The notes beneath the pieces are model-generated. The model saw only the letters and a list, made by a program, of their open reading frames with translations, had not been told where the DNA came from and made no database searches. From an uncultured virus (IMG/VR IMGVR_UViG_3300021963_000099) (Duplodnaviria; Heunggongvirae; Uroviricota; Caudoviricetes), in the IMG/VR virus record IMGVR_UViG_3300021963_000099: a DNA stretch of 64,000 bases. One strand, written 5' to 3'. The position numbers and the translations under genes were made by a program. Positions within the stretch are counted from its first letter, which is position 1; every line of letters starts with the position of its first letter. This document shows, piece by piece, positions 46,348 through 56,156 of the stretch.

Positions 46348-46574
46348 TGGATGTAAATGATCAGTTTGAGATAGAGCATTTATATCTCACAGAAAGAATA
46401 TGTAGAGTATGTGGTGAAAACAAAGATTTAATTGATGGATTTTATAGAACAAGAAAAAAGAAATATAATTCATCTTCATACTCATATGAGTGCAAACAAT
46501 GTACAGTAAAAAGAGTTGTCAGGGAAAGAAAAAATAAATCAGTCTCTTTTGAGTGGGAATACCCTGATTGGTAG
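46344..46574 (+). CDS. Small Zn-ribbon protein
   Basis: CRVC...CKQC; ATGA overlap with the g17 stop. Confidence 0.7.
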   Translation: MMDVNDQFEIEHLYLTERICRVCGENKDLIDGFYRTRKKKYNSSSYSYECKQCTVKRVVRERKNKSVSFEWEYPDW

Positions 46575-46657
46575 TGTTCATGCACTGTTTCAGCACTTGA
46601 AAATATACTTTTGAATAAATATTTTTTAGTTAAACTGAAATAAAACAGGAGAAAAAC

Positions 46658-48859
46658 ATGGCGACTCCTCAATTATCTCCAGGCGTACTCGTCAGAGAGG
46701 TTGATTTAACAGTAGGAAGAGCTGATAATGTTTTAGATAATATCGGAGGATTAGCAGGTCCTTTTGCACTTGGCCCGATTGAAGAACCAATTGACATCAC
46801 TACTGAACAGGAACTTATCAATGTATTTGGTAAGCCTATTTCAACTGATGGACAGTACGAGTACTGGATGAGCTGCTCCTCTTTCCTAAGTTATGGAGGA
46901 GTTCTTAAGGTTGTTAGAGTAGACGGAGACAACCTAGTAACTGCTAATGCAAAACTATATACTGATGGAGTAACATCAGTTGTTGGAGATGCATCTTTAA
47001 AAATTAAGAACTTTGATGATTATGAACTAAACCATGCTGACGAAATAGCAAATTATGTTTTTGCTGCAAAGTCACCAGGTTCTTGGGCTAATACCTTAAA
47101 GGTTTGTGTTATTGATGATAAAGCAGATCAAATTTTAAATATTGGATCTGGTGTTACATTTGCTGCAGTTGGATACGGAGTATCTTATACTTTTGGTGCT
47201 AACGATATTCTTGCTGGTATTGGTAGAACAGAAGATCTAAATGGAGGATACTTAAAAGGAATTATTACTGAAAAAAATGATGCTGCTCAAACAATTTCAG
47301 TAAAAGTTCTTTCTAGAGTTTCTGCTGGAGGAACTGAGGTCTTTATTCAATATGGTGCTCGCAATCAGGCAACTGCATTTAAACCAGGAAATGTAATTAA
47401 ATTTGTTAATAATGGATCTCAAGTATCAACAGGTTCCACTGTTCAAATTGGATCTAATACTGTTGCAGTAAAAGATTGGTACGATCAGCAAGTTTTAGAT
47501 TTAGATAATACTACAATTTATTGGAGTTCAATTGCTCCAAAACCAGGAACATCATCATTTGCTAGAGATAGATCTGCATTCAGCGATGAAATGCACATCG
47601 TTGTTTATGATGACGATGGATCTGTAAGTGGTATTTCTGCAAGTATTTTAGAAAAGCATACTGGAATTTCAAAAGCAAAAGATGCAATTTCTGCAGTAAA
47701 TTCTCCACAAAGAATTTTCTGGAAAGATTATATTGCAACTTATTCAAATTACCTCTATGTTGGAGATAATCCATCAGATGGTTCTGGAAATGAAGATGTA
47801 GTACAAACTGGATTTGAAGCAGGTGGATTTACTGGAATTACAACATCAGATGGACTTTGGAATCAACCAGCACAAGGCATAAGATTCTCTGCTATCGGTA
47901 ATGCAACTTATACACTTCAAGGAGGTCAAGATTATACTGCTTCTGGTGGAATATCTGCTACTCTCGGAAGTCTAATCAGTGGATATAGAATCTTCAATAA
48001 TAAAGAAGAAGTTGCTGTAGATTACTTAATCATGGGTCCTGGACTCAATAATAAGTTTGAATCACAAGCAAAAGCACAAGAACTAATTTCTATTGCTAAT
48101 GCAAGACAAGATTGTATTGCAGTTATCTCTCCACACAGAGCAGATGTTGTAGATATTACTAATTCTGATACTCAAACTGATAATGTAATTGAATTCTTCA
48201 GTCCTTTACTTTCTTCATCTTATGCAATCTTTGATAGTGGTTATAAGTATACTTATGATCGCTTCAATAATAGATTCCGTTATATTCCATGTAACGCTGA
48301 TGTTGCTGGACTTTGCGTAAGAACGAGTATCCAGGCATATCCTTGGTTCTCCCCTGCAGGTCAGCAAAGAGGAACTATTAATAGTGCAATTAAACTTGCT
48401 TTTAATCCAAATAAGGCACAAAGAGATCAACTTTATCCTCTAAGAATTAATTCTATCATTAACAAACCAGGAATTGGTATTATTCTCTTTGGAGATAAAA
48501 CTGCTCTAGGTTATGCATCTGCATTCGATAGGATTAATGTTCGCCGTCTGTTCCTAACAGTTGAGCAAGCACTTGCAAGAAGTGCAGAGGCACAACTATT
48601 TGAACTCAACGACGAAATTACAAGAGCAAACTTTGTAAATATTGTTGAACCATATCTCCGTGAAATTCAGGCAAAGAGAGGTCTTTACGGATTCCTAGTT
48701 GTTTGTGATGAGACTAATAACACTCCTGACATTATTGACAACAACGAGTTCAGAGCAGATATCTATCTGAAACCTGCTAAGTCAATTAACTATGTAACAC
48801 TAACATTCGTCGCTACCAGAACGGGTGTAAGTTTTGAAGAAGTTGCTGGTAGAGTTTGA
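46658..48859 (+). CDS. g18: Tail sheath protein gp18
   Basis: LSPGVLVREVDLT, PWFSPAGQQRG, FDRINVRRLF. Confidence 0.96.
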   Translation: MATPQLSPGVLVREVDLTVGRADNVLDNIGGLAGPFALGPIEEPIDITTEQELINVFGKPISTDGQYEYWMSCSSFLSYGGVLKVVRVDGDNLVTANAKLYTDGVTSVVGDASLKIKNFDDYELNHADEIANYVFAAKSPGSWANTLKVCVIDDKADQILNIGSGVTFAAVGYGVSYTFGANDILAGIGRTEDLNGGYLKGIITEKNDAAQTISVKVLSRVSAGGTEVFIQYGARNQATAFKPGNVIKFVNNGSQVSTGSTVQIGSNTVAVKDWYDQQVLDLDNTTIYWSSIAPKPGTSSFARDRSAFSDEMHIVVYDDDGSVSGISASILEKHTGISKAKDAISAVNSPQRIFWKDYIATYSNYLYVGDNPSDGSGNEDVVQTGFEAGGFTGITTSDGLWNQPAQGIRFSAIGNATYTLQGGQDYTASGGISATLGSLISGYRIFNNKEEVAVDYLIMGPGLNNKFESQAKAQELISIANARQDCIAVISPHRADVVDITNSDTQTDNVIEFFSPLLSSSYAIFDSGYKYTYDRFNNRFRYIPCNADVAGLCVRTSIQAYPWFSPAGQQRGTINSAIKLAFNPNKAQRDQLYPLRINSIINKPGIGIILFGDKTALGYASAFDRINVRRLFLTVEQALARSAEAQLFELNDEITRANFVNIVEPYLREIQAKRGLYGFLVVCDETNNTPDIIDNNEFRADIYLKPAKSINYVTLTFVATRTGVSFEEVAGRV

Positions 48860-48895
48860 TAATTTTTCATAATAAAAACATAGGAGGATCTCAAA

Positions 48896-49579
48896 ATGGC
48901 AAACAACAGACCAACACTAAAAAATCTATCCGCCTTTAAAGCAAGACTTGCAGGTGGCGGTGCAAGACCTAACCTATTTGAAGTTGCAATTGAAGACTTT
49001 CCAGCACAAGTAAGTGCTGCTTGGGATAATGATGCGAAGATTGATTTTAGATTCATGTGCAAAGCAGCGCAACTTCCAGCATCAAATATTGCAGCAATTG
49101 AAGTTCCTTTTAGAGGAAGAACTCTAAAAGTTGCTGGAGATAGAACCTTTGATACTTGGACAGTAACAATTATCAATGATGAAGATTTTAAATTAAGACA
49201 TGCATTTGAAACTTGGATGAATCTTCTGAGCAAACTAGATAATGCTACTGGTGCTTCTAACCCAAACACCTATATGAAAAATGCTACAATCTATCAACTA
49301 GGTAGAAGTAATAGTATTGGTGGTGCTGGTGGAAGAACTGGTGAAGATGCAGGTGGTAATGGTGTTAGAGACAATGTAAATGCACAAGGACCTGGATTCA
49401 GTCCAACTGGTTCTGGCGATACAACAATTCTAAGATCTTATAGATTCTTTGATATTTTCCCAACTAATGTTTCTGCTATCGATGTTTCATATGAAACTAG
49501 CGATACAATTGAAGAATTTACCGTTGAGTTCCAAGTTCAATACTTTGAAATCAATGATGGTCCTGGAAATGTTGTCTAA
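48896..49579 (+). CDS. g19: Tail tube protein gp19
   Basis: GGARPNLFEV, KVAGDRTFDTWTVT, IEEFTVEFQVQY. Confidence 0.95.
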   Translation: MANNRPTLKNLSAFKARLAGGGARPNLFEVAIEDFPAQVSAAWDNDAKIDFRFMCKAAQLPASNIAAIEVPFRGRTLKVAGDRTFDTWTVTIINDEDFKLRHAFETWMNLLSKLDNATGASNPNTYMKNATIYQLGRSNSIGGAGGRTGEDAGGNGVRDNVNAQGPGFSPTGSGDTTILRSYRFFDIFPTNVSAIDVSYETSDTIEEFTVEFQVQYFEINDGPGNVV

Positions 49580-49609
49580 ATAGTAGAATAAGGATATAGT
49601 TTATTAATT

Positions 49610-51292
49610 ATGGCAAAACTATTTGGTTTTTCTATTGAAGATGGTGATCAAAAACCCGATAGTGTGATCTCTCCCGTTCCTCAATCAGATGAGGACGGGA
49701 TTGATCATTATTTAACTAGCGGGTTTTTTGGTTCGTATGTAGATATTGAAGGTGTTTATAAAACAGAATATGAATTAATTCAGCGTTATAGGGAAATGGC
49801 ACTTCATCCTGAAGTGGACAGTGCCATTGAAGATATTGTTAATGAAGCAATTGTTTCAGATTCTGATGATGTTCCAGTGCAGATTGAACTATCAAATCTG
49901 AAAGCAAGTGATGGTATTAAGAAAAAAATTAGAGAAGAATTTAAAAGAATTTTAGATTTATTAGATTTTAACAAAAAGTGCCACGAAATATATAAAAATT
50001 GGTATATTGATGGAAAAATTTATTATCATAAAGTTATTGACATGAAGCGTCCTCAGGATGGTATCCAAGAATTGAGATACATTGACGCTATGAAAATGAA
50101 GTATGTAAGAAAGAAAAAAGGTGATTTAAAGAATCAAAATCAATTTGTAAAAAGGAATGTTCAGGATAATCCTTTAGACTATGATTTCCCAGAAATTGAA
50201 GAATACTTTATTTACAATCCTAAAGTATTAGGAAATACTGCGGGATTTAATTCAAATAACAGTTCTTCTGAAGGAATCAGGATTGCTAAAGATGCTATTA
50301 CATATTGCACCTCAGGACTTGTAGATAGAAATAAAGGAATAACTCTTTCATATCTTCACAAAGCAATTAAATCTCTCAATCAACTTCGCATGATTGAAGA
50401 TTCACTTGTTATCTATAGATTGTCTCGTGCTCCAGAGCGTAGAATTTTTTACATTGATGTAGGTAATCTACCAAAAATTAAAGCGGAACAATATCTTCGT
50501 GATGTAATGATGCGTTATAGAAATAAACTAGTATATGACGCATCAACTGGCGAAATTCGTGATGATAAAAAATACATGAGTATGCTTGAAGATTTTTGGT
50601 TGCCTCGCCGTGAAGGAGGTAGAGGAACTGAAATCTCTACGCTACCTGGTGGACAAAACCTTGGAGAAATTACTGATATTAATTATTTCCAAGAAAAACT
50701 ATATCGTTCACTAAATGTTCCATCATCAAGAATAAGTGGAGAAGGTGGATTTAATCTTGGTCGTTCATCAGAAATTCTTAGAGATGAACTTAAATTCACT
50801 AAGTTTGTAGGAAGACTAAGAAAGAGATTTTCTAACATGTTTAGTGACATGTTGAAGACACAACTTATTCTTAAGAATATCGTTACCCCAGAAGATTGGG
50901 AATTGATGTCTCAACATATACAATATGATTTCTTATATGATAATCATTTCTCAGAACTTAAAGACTCTGAGTTAATGAATGAAAGATTGGGACTTCTTGC
51001 AACTGCAGAACCATATGTTGGTAAGTATTTCTCTCAAGATTATCTAAGAAGAAAGATTCTTAGACAGACTGATGAAGAAATTGTAGAGCAGGATGAGTTA
51101 ATTAAAAAAGAAATTAAAGATGGTATAATTCCAGATCCTGCAGAAATGCAAATTGATCCTGCTACTGGACAACCAATTCCCGGTGCAGGTGGTGCTGGTG
51201 ATTTAGGTGCTCCAGTAGTTGAACCCGATTTAGAATCTGAAGGTTCAGCAACACAACTTAGTGGTAAAGATACTAAAGCAGCAGAGATCTGA
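49610..51292 (+). CDS. g20: Portal vertex protein gp20
   Basis: YRLSRAPERRIFYIDVGNLP, EDFWLPRREGGRGTEI. Confidence 0.97.
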   Translation: MAKLFGFSIEDGDQKPDSVISPVPQSDEDGIDHYLTSGFFGSYVDIEGVYKTEYELIQRYREMALHPEVDSAIEDIVNEAIVSDSDDVPVQIELSNLKASDGIKKKIREEFKRILDLLDFNKKCHEIYKNWYIDGKIYYHKVIDMKRPQDGIQELRYIDAMKMKYVRKKKGDLKNQNQFVKRNVQDNPLDYDFPEIEEYFIYNPKVLGNTAGFNSNNSSSEGIRIAKDAITYCTSGLVDRNKGITLSYLHKAIKSLNQLRMIEDSLVIYRLSRAPERRIFYIDVGNLPKIKAEQYLRDVMMRYRNKLVYDASTGEIRDDKKYMSMLEDFWLPRREGGRGTEISTLPGGQNLGEITDINYFQEKLYRSLNVPSSRISGEGGFNLGRSSEILRDELKFTKFVGRLRKRFSNMFSDMLKTQLILKNIVTPEDWELMSQHIQYDFLYDNHFSELKDSELMNERLGLLATAEPYVGKYFSQDYLRRKILRQTDEEIVEQDELIKKEIKDGIIPDPAEMQIDPATGQPIPGAGGAGDLGAPVVEPDLESEGSATQLSGKDTKAAEI

Positions 51293-51323
51293 TAAATAAC
51301 TGAGAAATTAATTAATATTAACT

Positions 51324-51488
51324 ATGGATGACTTAATGAACATGATTATTGGAGATGAATCTCCTTCAAAAATTAGTGATGAAATTAAAAATATTCTATT
51401 CAATAAAAGTGCAGATAAAATTAATGCGCTAAAACCAACTATAGCAACATCAATGTTTGATGGTATTGTTGGATCTGAAGAAGAATAA
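51324..51488 (+). CDS. Small acidic prohead core-like protein (54 aa; gp67 position)
   Basis: Not in the ORF track. MDDLMNMII...GSEEE, late promoter at 51292, syntenic position after g20. Confidence 0.7.
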   Translation: MDDLMNMIIGDESPSKISDEIKNILFNKSADKINALKPTIATSMFDGIVGSEEE

Positions 51489-51520
51489 TAAATAAATAAC
51501 TAATAAAGTACTCTTAAACT

Positions 51521-51790
51521 ATGAATAGAACATTACTTTTGGGTGGTGAGTCCGCACTACCAACTACAACTGGTACTGCTACAAGTTTTTCTCAGGCATC
51601 AGCAGTAAGACTTGTCAATAGTTCATCAACTGCTTATTCAGTAGTTGTTGTAGAAACTCAAGGTGGACCTGTTATTGGTTCCATGACTATGCCTGGTAAC
51701 TCTGTTGAGATATTGCAAAAGCAATATACTCACTGCATTTATGCAACAAATGCTTCTATTCTAGGTTCACAAGTAGGATTTACAAACTAA
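51521..51790 (+). CDS. Hypothetical virion-associated protein
   Basis: Late promoter upstream; Ser/Thr-rich beta composition; lies between g20 and g21. Confidence 0.65.
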   Translation: MNRTLLLGGESALPTTTGTATSFSQASAVRLVNSSSTAYSVVVVETQGGPVIGSMTMPGNSVEILQKQYTHCIYATNASILGSQVGFTN

Positions 51791-51795
51791 CTCCA

Positions 51796-52446
51796 ATGAA
51801 ACTAATCAGAGAAGAAATCGAAAAGGTAGAGGTTATTACCGAGGAAAAGAACGGTAAGAAAATCCTCTATATCCAAGGACCTTTTTTACAGACTGAGCAA
51901 CAAAACCGTAATGGTAGAGTTTATCGTTTAAATGTAATGGAGCGTGAAGTTAAGAGATATAATGAACAGTATATTTCTAAAGGTCGTGCATTAGGAGAAC
52001 TTGGTCATCCAGATGGTCCAACCATCAATCTTGATCGAGTTTCACATAAGATTGTTTCTCTTGAACAAAAAGGAAATGATTTTATTGGTAAGGCACAGAT
52101 CCTTTCAACACCAATGGGTAAGATTGCAGAATCTTTACTTAAAGATGGGGTAACTCTTGGAGTTTCATCTCGTGGTATTGGTTCACTTCGTCCAACTAAA
52201 GAAGGTTATTCTGAAGTTGGTGAAGACTTTATGCTTGCTACTGCAGCAGATATTGTGGCAGATCCTTCTGCACCTGACGCTTTTGTTCAGGGAATTATGG
52301 AAGGTAAAGAGTGGGTATGGGAAGGTGGAATCCTTCGTGAAAGACTAGCGGAGCAAACTAAGCGTAATATTAATACTTTAGTTGATCAAGGAAGACTTGA
52401 AGAGCATAAGTTAGACTTATTTAATAAGTTTATAAATAGTTTATAA
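51796..52446 (+). CDS. g21: Prohead protease gp21
   Basis: NRNGRVY, ALGELGHP, GVSSRGIGSL, DIVADPSAPDA. Confidence 0.96.
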   Translation: MKLIREEIEKVEVITEEKNGKKILYIQGPFLQTEQQNRNGRVYRLNVMEREVKRYNEQYISKGRALGELGHPDGPTINLDRVSHKIVSLEQKGNDFIGKAQILSTPMGKIAESLLKDGVTLGVSSRGIGSLRPTKEGYSEVGEDFMLATAADIVADPSAPDAFVQGIMEGKEWVWEGGILRERLAEQTKRNINTLVDQGRLEEHKLDLFNKFINSL

Positions 52447-52502
52447 ATTTATATTTTAATAAATAAATATAGATTAAAATAGAGGTTAATCGGAGAGTTC
52501 TA

Positions 52503-53636
52503 ATGTCCAGTGGAGATCTACAAGAAATGGAAGTAGGCACTAAGCAATCCAAAACCGCCGTTAATTCAGGCGCAAAAGCATCTGATCCAATGCCAACCAT
52601 GGCAGATCCTGGAACCCAGTTAGCTAGCGTAGAAGACCTAGGCGGTCCTACTCCAGAAAACTACAAGTCTGACGACGAATCAGCAAAACTAAAAGATCCT
52701 TCAGCAACTCTAAAGCAAGTTAGAGATGTTGTCAACAAGAGTGCAGGCAAAGCAGATGCAATGCCAAAAGGCATGAAGGAAGATGAAGATCTAGAAGATG
52801 AAGAAGTAATTGCTGAAGATGAAGATCTAGAAGATGAAGAAGTAATCTCTGAAGAAGAAAGAGATGAAGATGAGGATGAAGATGAGGAAGAGGAAGTAGA
52901 AGAAGAGTTCAATATCGAAGAAGATGTTGAAGCACTTCTTGCTGGAGAAGAACTCTCCGAAGAGTTCCAAGAGAAAGCAAAACTAGTTTTTGAAACTGCT
53001 CTAAGAGCAAGAGTTTCAGAGATTCGTGAATCTCTTGAAGCACAATATGAAGAAGTACTTGCAGAAGAAGTTGCTGCAATTAAGATCGCTCTAGAAGAGC
53101 GTGTTGATTCTTACTTAGAGTATGTTGCTGATGAGTGGATGACTGAGAATCAACTAGTAGTCCAGGCTGGTATTAAAGAAGAACTCTCCGAGTCCTTCAT
53201 GACCGGTCTAAAAGGACTTTTTGAAGAGCATTATGTAACAATCCCTGAAGATAAATATGATGTACTAGATAGCATGGTAGAAAAACTTGATGAAATGGAG
53301 ACAAAACTCAACGAGCAAATTGAGAAGAACATCTCCCTAAACAAGCGTCTCGCAGAGTCGGTTGCTGACGGAATCTTCGATGAAATTTCAGAGGGCCTCG
53401 CTGCTACTCAGAAAGAAAAGCTCGCTTCACTTGCAGAAAGTGTTGAGTTTGAAAGTGAAGAAAAATATCGTGAAAAACTAGAGACCCTAAGGGAATCATA
53501 TTTCCCAACAAATGGAGTTTCTCCAAAGGCACAAACTGAAACCCTCTCTGAGGGAGTAGATTCTGCTCCTGAAACTTATAGCAACTCAATGAGTGCTTAT
53601 TTAAGAGCACTTTCAGTTACTTCGCCAAAAAACTGA
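52503..53636 (+). CDS. g22: Prohead core scaffold gp22
   Basis: LSEEFQEKAKLVFE, VDSYLEYVADEW; acidic coiled coil before g23. Confidence 0.93.
   Translation: MSSGDLQEMEVGTKQSKTAVNSGAKASDPMPTMADPGTQLASVEDLGGPTPENYKSDDESAKLKDPSATLKQVRDVVNKSAGKADAMPKGMKEDEDLEDEEVIAEDEDLEDEEVISEEERDEDEDEDEEEEVEEEFNIEEDVEALLAGEELSEEFQEKAKLVFETALRARVSEIRESLEAQYEEVLAEEVAAIKIALEERVDSYLEYVADEWMTENQLVVQAGIKEELSESFMTGLKGLFEEHYVTIPEDKYDVLDSMVEKLDEMETKLNEQIEKNISLNKRLAESVADGIFDEISEGLAATQKEKLASLAESVEFESEEKYREKLETLRESYFPTNGVSPKAQTETLSEGVDSAPETYSNSMSAYLRALSVTSPKN
52779..52846 (+). repeat. 36-nt-period direct repeat in the g22 acidic linker
   Basis: GAAGATGAAGATCTAGAAGATGAAGAAGTAAT at 52779 and 52815. Confidence 0.85.
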
Positions 53637-53687
53637 ATTTAATATTAAATCAAACCTAACAAACACACTTTTAAGAGGTAAAAGCAA

Positions 53688-55088
53688 ATGTTCAGTCAAG
53701 AGCATCTGCAGGAAAAGTGGGCACCCCTTCTGAACTATGAAGGCCTTGATACCATCAAGGATTCACACAGAAGATCAGTAACCGCTCAACTGCTAGAAAA
53801 CCAAGAAAGATTTCTAAGAGAGCAAAACGATTTTGCAACTTCAGGTTCATTCCTAACTGAGGCTCCAACCAACTCAGCAGGTACTGGTGGTTATTCAAAC
53901 ACTGGTACTGGTGCTGCTGCTGGTGGTCCTGTTGCAGGTTTCGATCCTGTTCTAATCAGTCTAATTCGCCGCGCAATGCCTAACCTGGTCGCTTATGACC
54001 TCGCTGGCGTTCAACCAATGACCGGTCCTACTGGACTCATCTTCGCAATGCGTTCACGCTACACCAATCAGAGTGGTACTGAAGCATTCTTCGACGAAGC
54101 AAATACTGCATTCTCTGGTCAGGACAGCGGATTCAACAACGAAGGTGCATTTACCGATGGAGTTGCTGGTTTCGGTACTACTGCTCAGTCAGGTACTAAC
54201 CCAGGCGTTCTAAACCCAGTTGGTGCTGCTTCATCCCTATCCTACAATGTAGGTCAAGGCATGAACACTGGAGACGCTGAGAATCTCGGCGTATCTGATC
54301 AGTTCAACGAAATGGCATTCTCAATCGAGAAAGTCACCGTAACTGCGAAGTCCAGAGCACTCAAGGCCGAGTATTCACTAGAACTCGCTCAAGACCTCAA
54401 GGCTATTCACGGTCTAAATGCAGAAGCAGAACTTGCTAACATTCTCTCTACTGAGATCCTCGCTGAGATCAACAGAGAAGTTATCAGAACCATCTATAAG
54501 GTTGCTGAGCAAGGTGCTGCTGTAAATACTGCTACCGCTGGTGTATTTGACCTTGATGTTGACTCCAACGGTCGTTGGTCAGTTGAGAAGTTCAAGGGTC
54601 TACTCTTCCAAATCGAGCGCGACGCTAACGCAATCGCACAAAGAACTCGTAGAGGAAAGGGCAACACTATCCTTTGCTCCGCTGATGTTGCTTCAGCACT
54701 AGCAATGGCAGGTGTACTTGATTACACCCCTGCACTTAATGCAAATCTAAATGTAGACGATACTGGCAATACCTTTGCTGGTACTTTAATGGGCAAATTC
54801 CGCGTTTACATTGACCCATATTCAGCAAATGTATCTGCTCAGCAGTACTATGTTGTAGGTTATAAGGGTTCTTCACCTTATGACGCTGGACTATTCTATT
54901 GCCCATATGTTCCCCTCCAAATGGTTCGTGCCGTTGGTGAGAACACCTTCCAGCCAAAGATCGGCTTCAAGACCCGTTACGGTATTGTTGCAAATCCATT
55001 CGCAGAAGGAACCAACAAGGGTCTCGGTGCTCTTACTCACAACGCAAACCGTTACTACAGAAGAGTACAGGTCAAGAACCTCATGTGA
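53688..55088 (+). CDS. g23: Major capsid protein gp23
   Basis: LISLIRRAMPNL, GVQPMTGPTGLIFAMR, KSRALKAEYSLELAQDLKAIHGL, QPKIGFKTRYG. Confidence 0.98.
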   Translation: MFSQEHLQEKWAPLLNYEGLDTIKDSHRRSVTAQLLENQERFLREQNDFATSGSFLTEAPTNSAGTGGYSNTGTGAAAGGPVAGFDPVLISLIRRAMPNLVAYDLAGVQPMTGPTGLIFAMRSRYTNQSGTEAFFDEANTAFSGQDSGFNNEGAFTDGVAGFGTTAQSGTNPGVLNPVGAASSLSYNVGQGMNTGDAENLGVSDQFNEMAFSIEKVTVTAKSRALKAEYSLELAQDLKAIHGLNAEAELANILSTEILAEINREVIRTIYKVAEQGAAVNTATAGVFDLDVDSNGRWSVEKFKGLLFQIERDANAIAQRTRRGKGNTILCSADVASALAMAGVLDYTPALNANLNVDDTGNTFAGTLMGKFRVYIDPYSANVSAQQYYVVGYKGSSPYDAGLFYCPYVPLQMVRAVGENTFQPKIGFKTRYGIVANPFAEGTNKGLGALTHNANRYYRRVQVKNLM

Positions 55089-55110
55089 TCCATTTCACAA
55101 CTCTTTATCA

Positions 55111-55135
55111 GGGACCCGAAAGGGTCCCTTTTTTT
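55111..55135 (+). terminator. Rho-independent terminator after g23
   Basis: GGGACCC-GAAA-GGGTCCC followed by T7. Confidence 0.93.
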
Positions 55136-55155
55136 GTCTAAATAGTTAGAAAAAA

Positions 55156-55722
55156 ATGGCAGATTATAAGGAATATAATAATGCTATAGAAAATAGAAAT
55201 TTTCTATCTGCTTTAGGGTTTAGATTTACCGTAAACAGAGCGCCTAAGGTTGCATATTTTACTAATATTGCTAATATTCCAGGTTTAGAACTCGGTGTTG
55301 CAAAACAACAAAACTATCTAACAGAAATTCCAGTTCCTGGAGATAAGATAACTTTTGATGATTTTACATTAAAATTTTTAGTTGATGAAAATCTTGAGAA
55401 TTATATGGAACTTCAAAAATGGATGAGAGGTTTAGGGTTTCCAGAATCTTTAGATGAAATTTATGACTTGCAAAAGAATAATAAAAAATTTTCAGAGAAT
55501 ATTAGAAAGTCCCAAATGAATATCTATTCAGATGGTACTTTGATCGTTTATAATAGTAATCAAAGATATAATTTTGAAGTTAGATTTAGTTATCTCTTTC
55601 CATATAAACTATCACCATTACAATTTGATTCTACTACACCAGATGATCAATACTTTACTGCAGAAGTATCTTTTAAATATTTGATGTATAATATAACTGA
55701 TAAAAACGGAAATACCTTATGA
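55156..55722 (+). CDS. g3: Tail tube terminator / completion protein gp3
   Basis: NFLS..GFRF, IPVPGDKITF, FLVDENLENY; position after g23. Confidence 0.85.
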   Translation: MADYKEYNNAIENRNFLSALGFRFTVNRAPKVAYFTNIANIPGLELGVAKQQNYLTEIPVPGDKITFDDFTLKFLVDENLENYMELQKWMRGLGFPESLDEIYDLQKNNKKFSENIRKSQMNIYSDGTLIVYNSNQRYNFEVRFSYLFPYKLSPLQFDSTTPDDQYFTAEVSFKYLMYNITDKNGNTL

Positions 55723-56156
55723 CATTTGATTTGGAAACAATTCAAAATATGTGGGAGAAGGATTCAAAAATAGATATTGATAATTTACATACAGAATCTA
55801 TTAACATTCCTGTTCTTCACGCAAAATATTTTGATCTTTATAACAATATAATACTTTTAAAGAAAAAAGCAGAGCAACAAAGAAAAAATATTCGTCACGA
55901 AAGATATGAGTATTATTCTGGAAAGGCAGATGCAGAAGTGTATCAGGAAGATCCTTTTCCTAAAAAAATAAGAGATAAAGATACTATGCAAAAGTATCTA
56001 GATGCTGATGATAAATTGATGAATGTAAATCTCAAAATAGACTACTATGAAACTCTCATAAATTATATTGAGAGTATTCTTAAACAAGTCTCTAATAGGA
56101 CTTATCAGATTAAGAATGCCATCGAATTTATTAAATTCCAGGCAGGTTATGGTTAA
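55719..56156 (+). CDS. uvsY: Recombination mediator UvsY
   Basis: LHAKY, YYSGKA, RTYQIKNAIEF. Confidence 0.9.
   Translation: MTFDLETIQNMWEKDSKIDIDNLHTESINIPVLHAKYFDLYNNIILLKKKAEQQRKNIRHERYEYYSGKADAEVYQEDPFPKKIRDKDTMQKYLDADDKLMNVNLKIDYYETLINYIESILKQVSNRTYQIKNAIEFIKFQAGYG

Noticed and set aside
52661..52912. Ser-rich minus-strand ORF
   Set aside because: It is the antisense of the GAA/GAT-rich acidic linker in g22.
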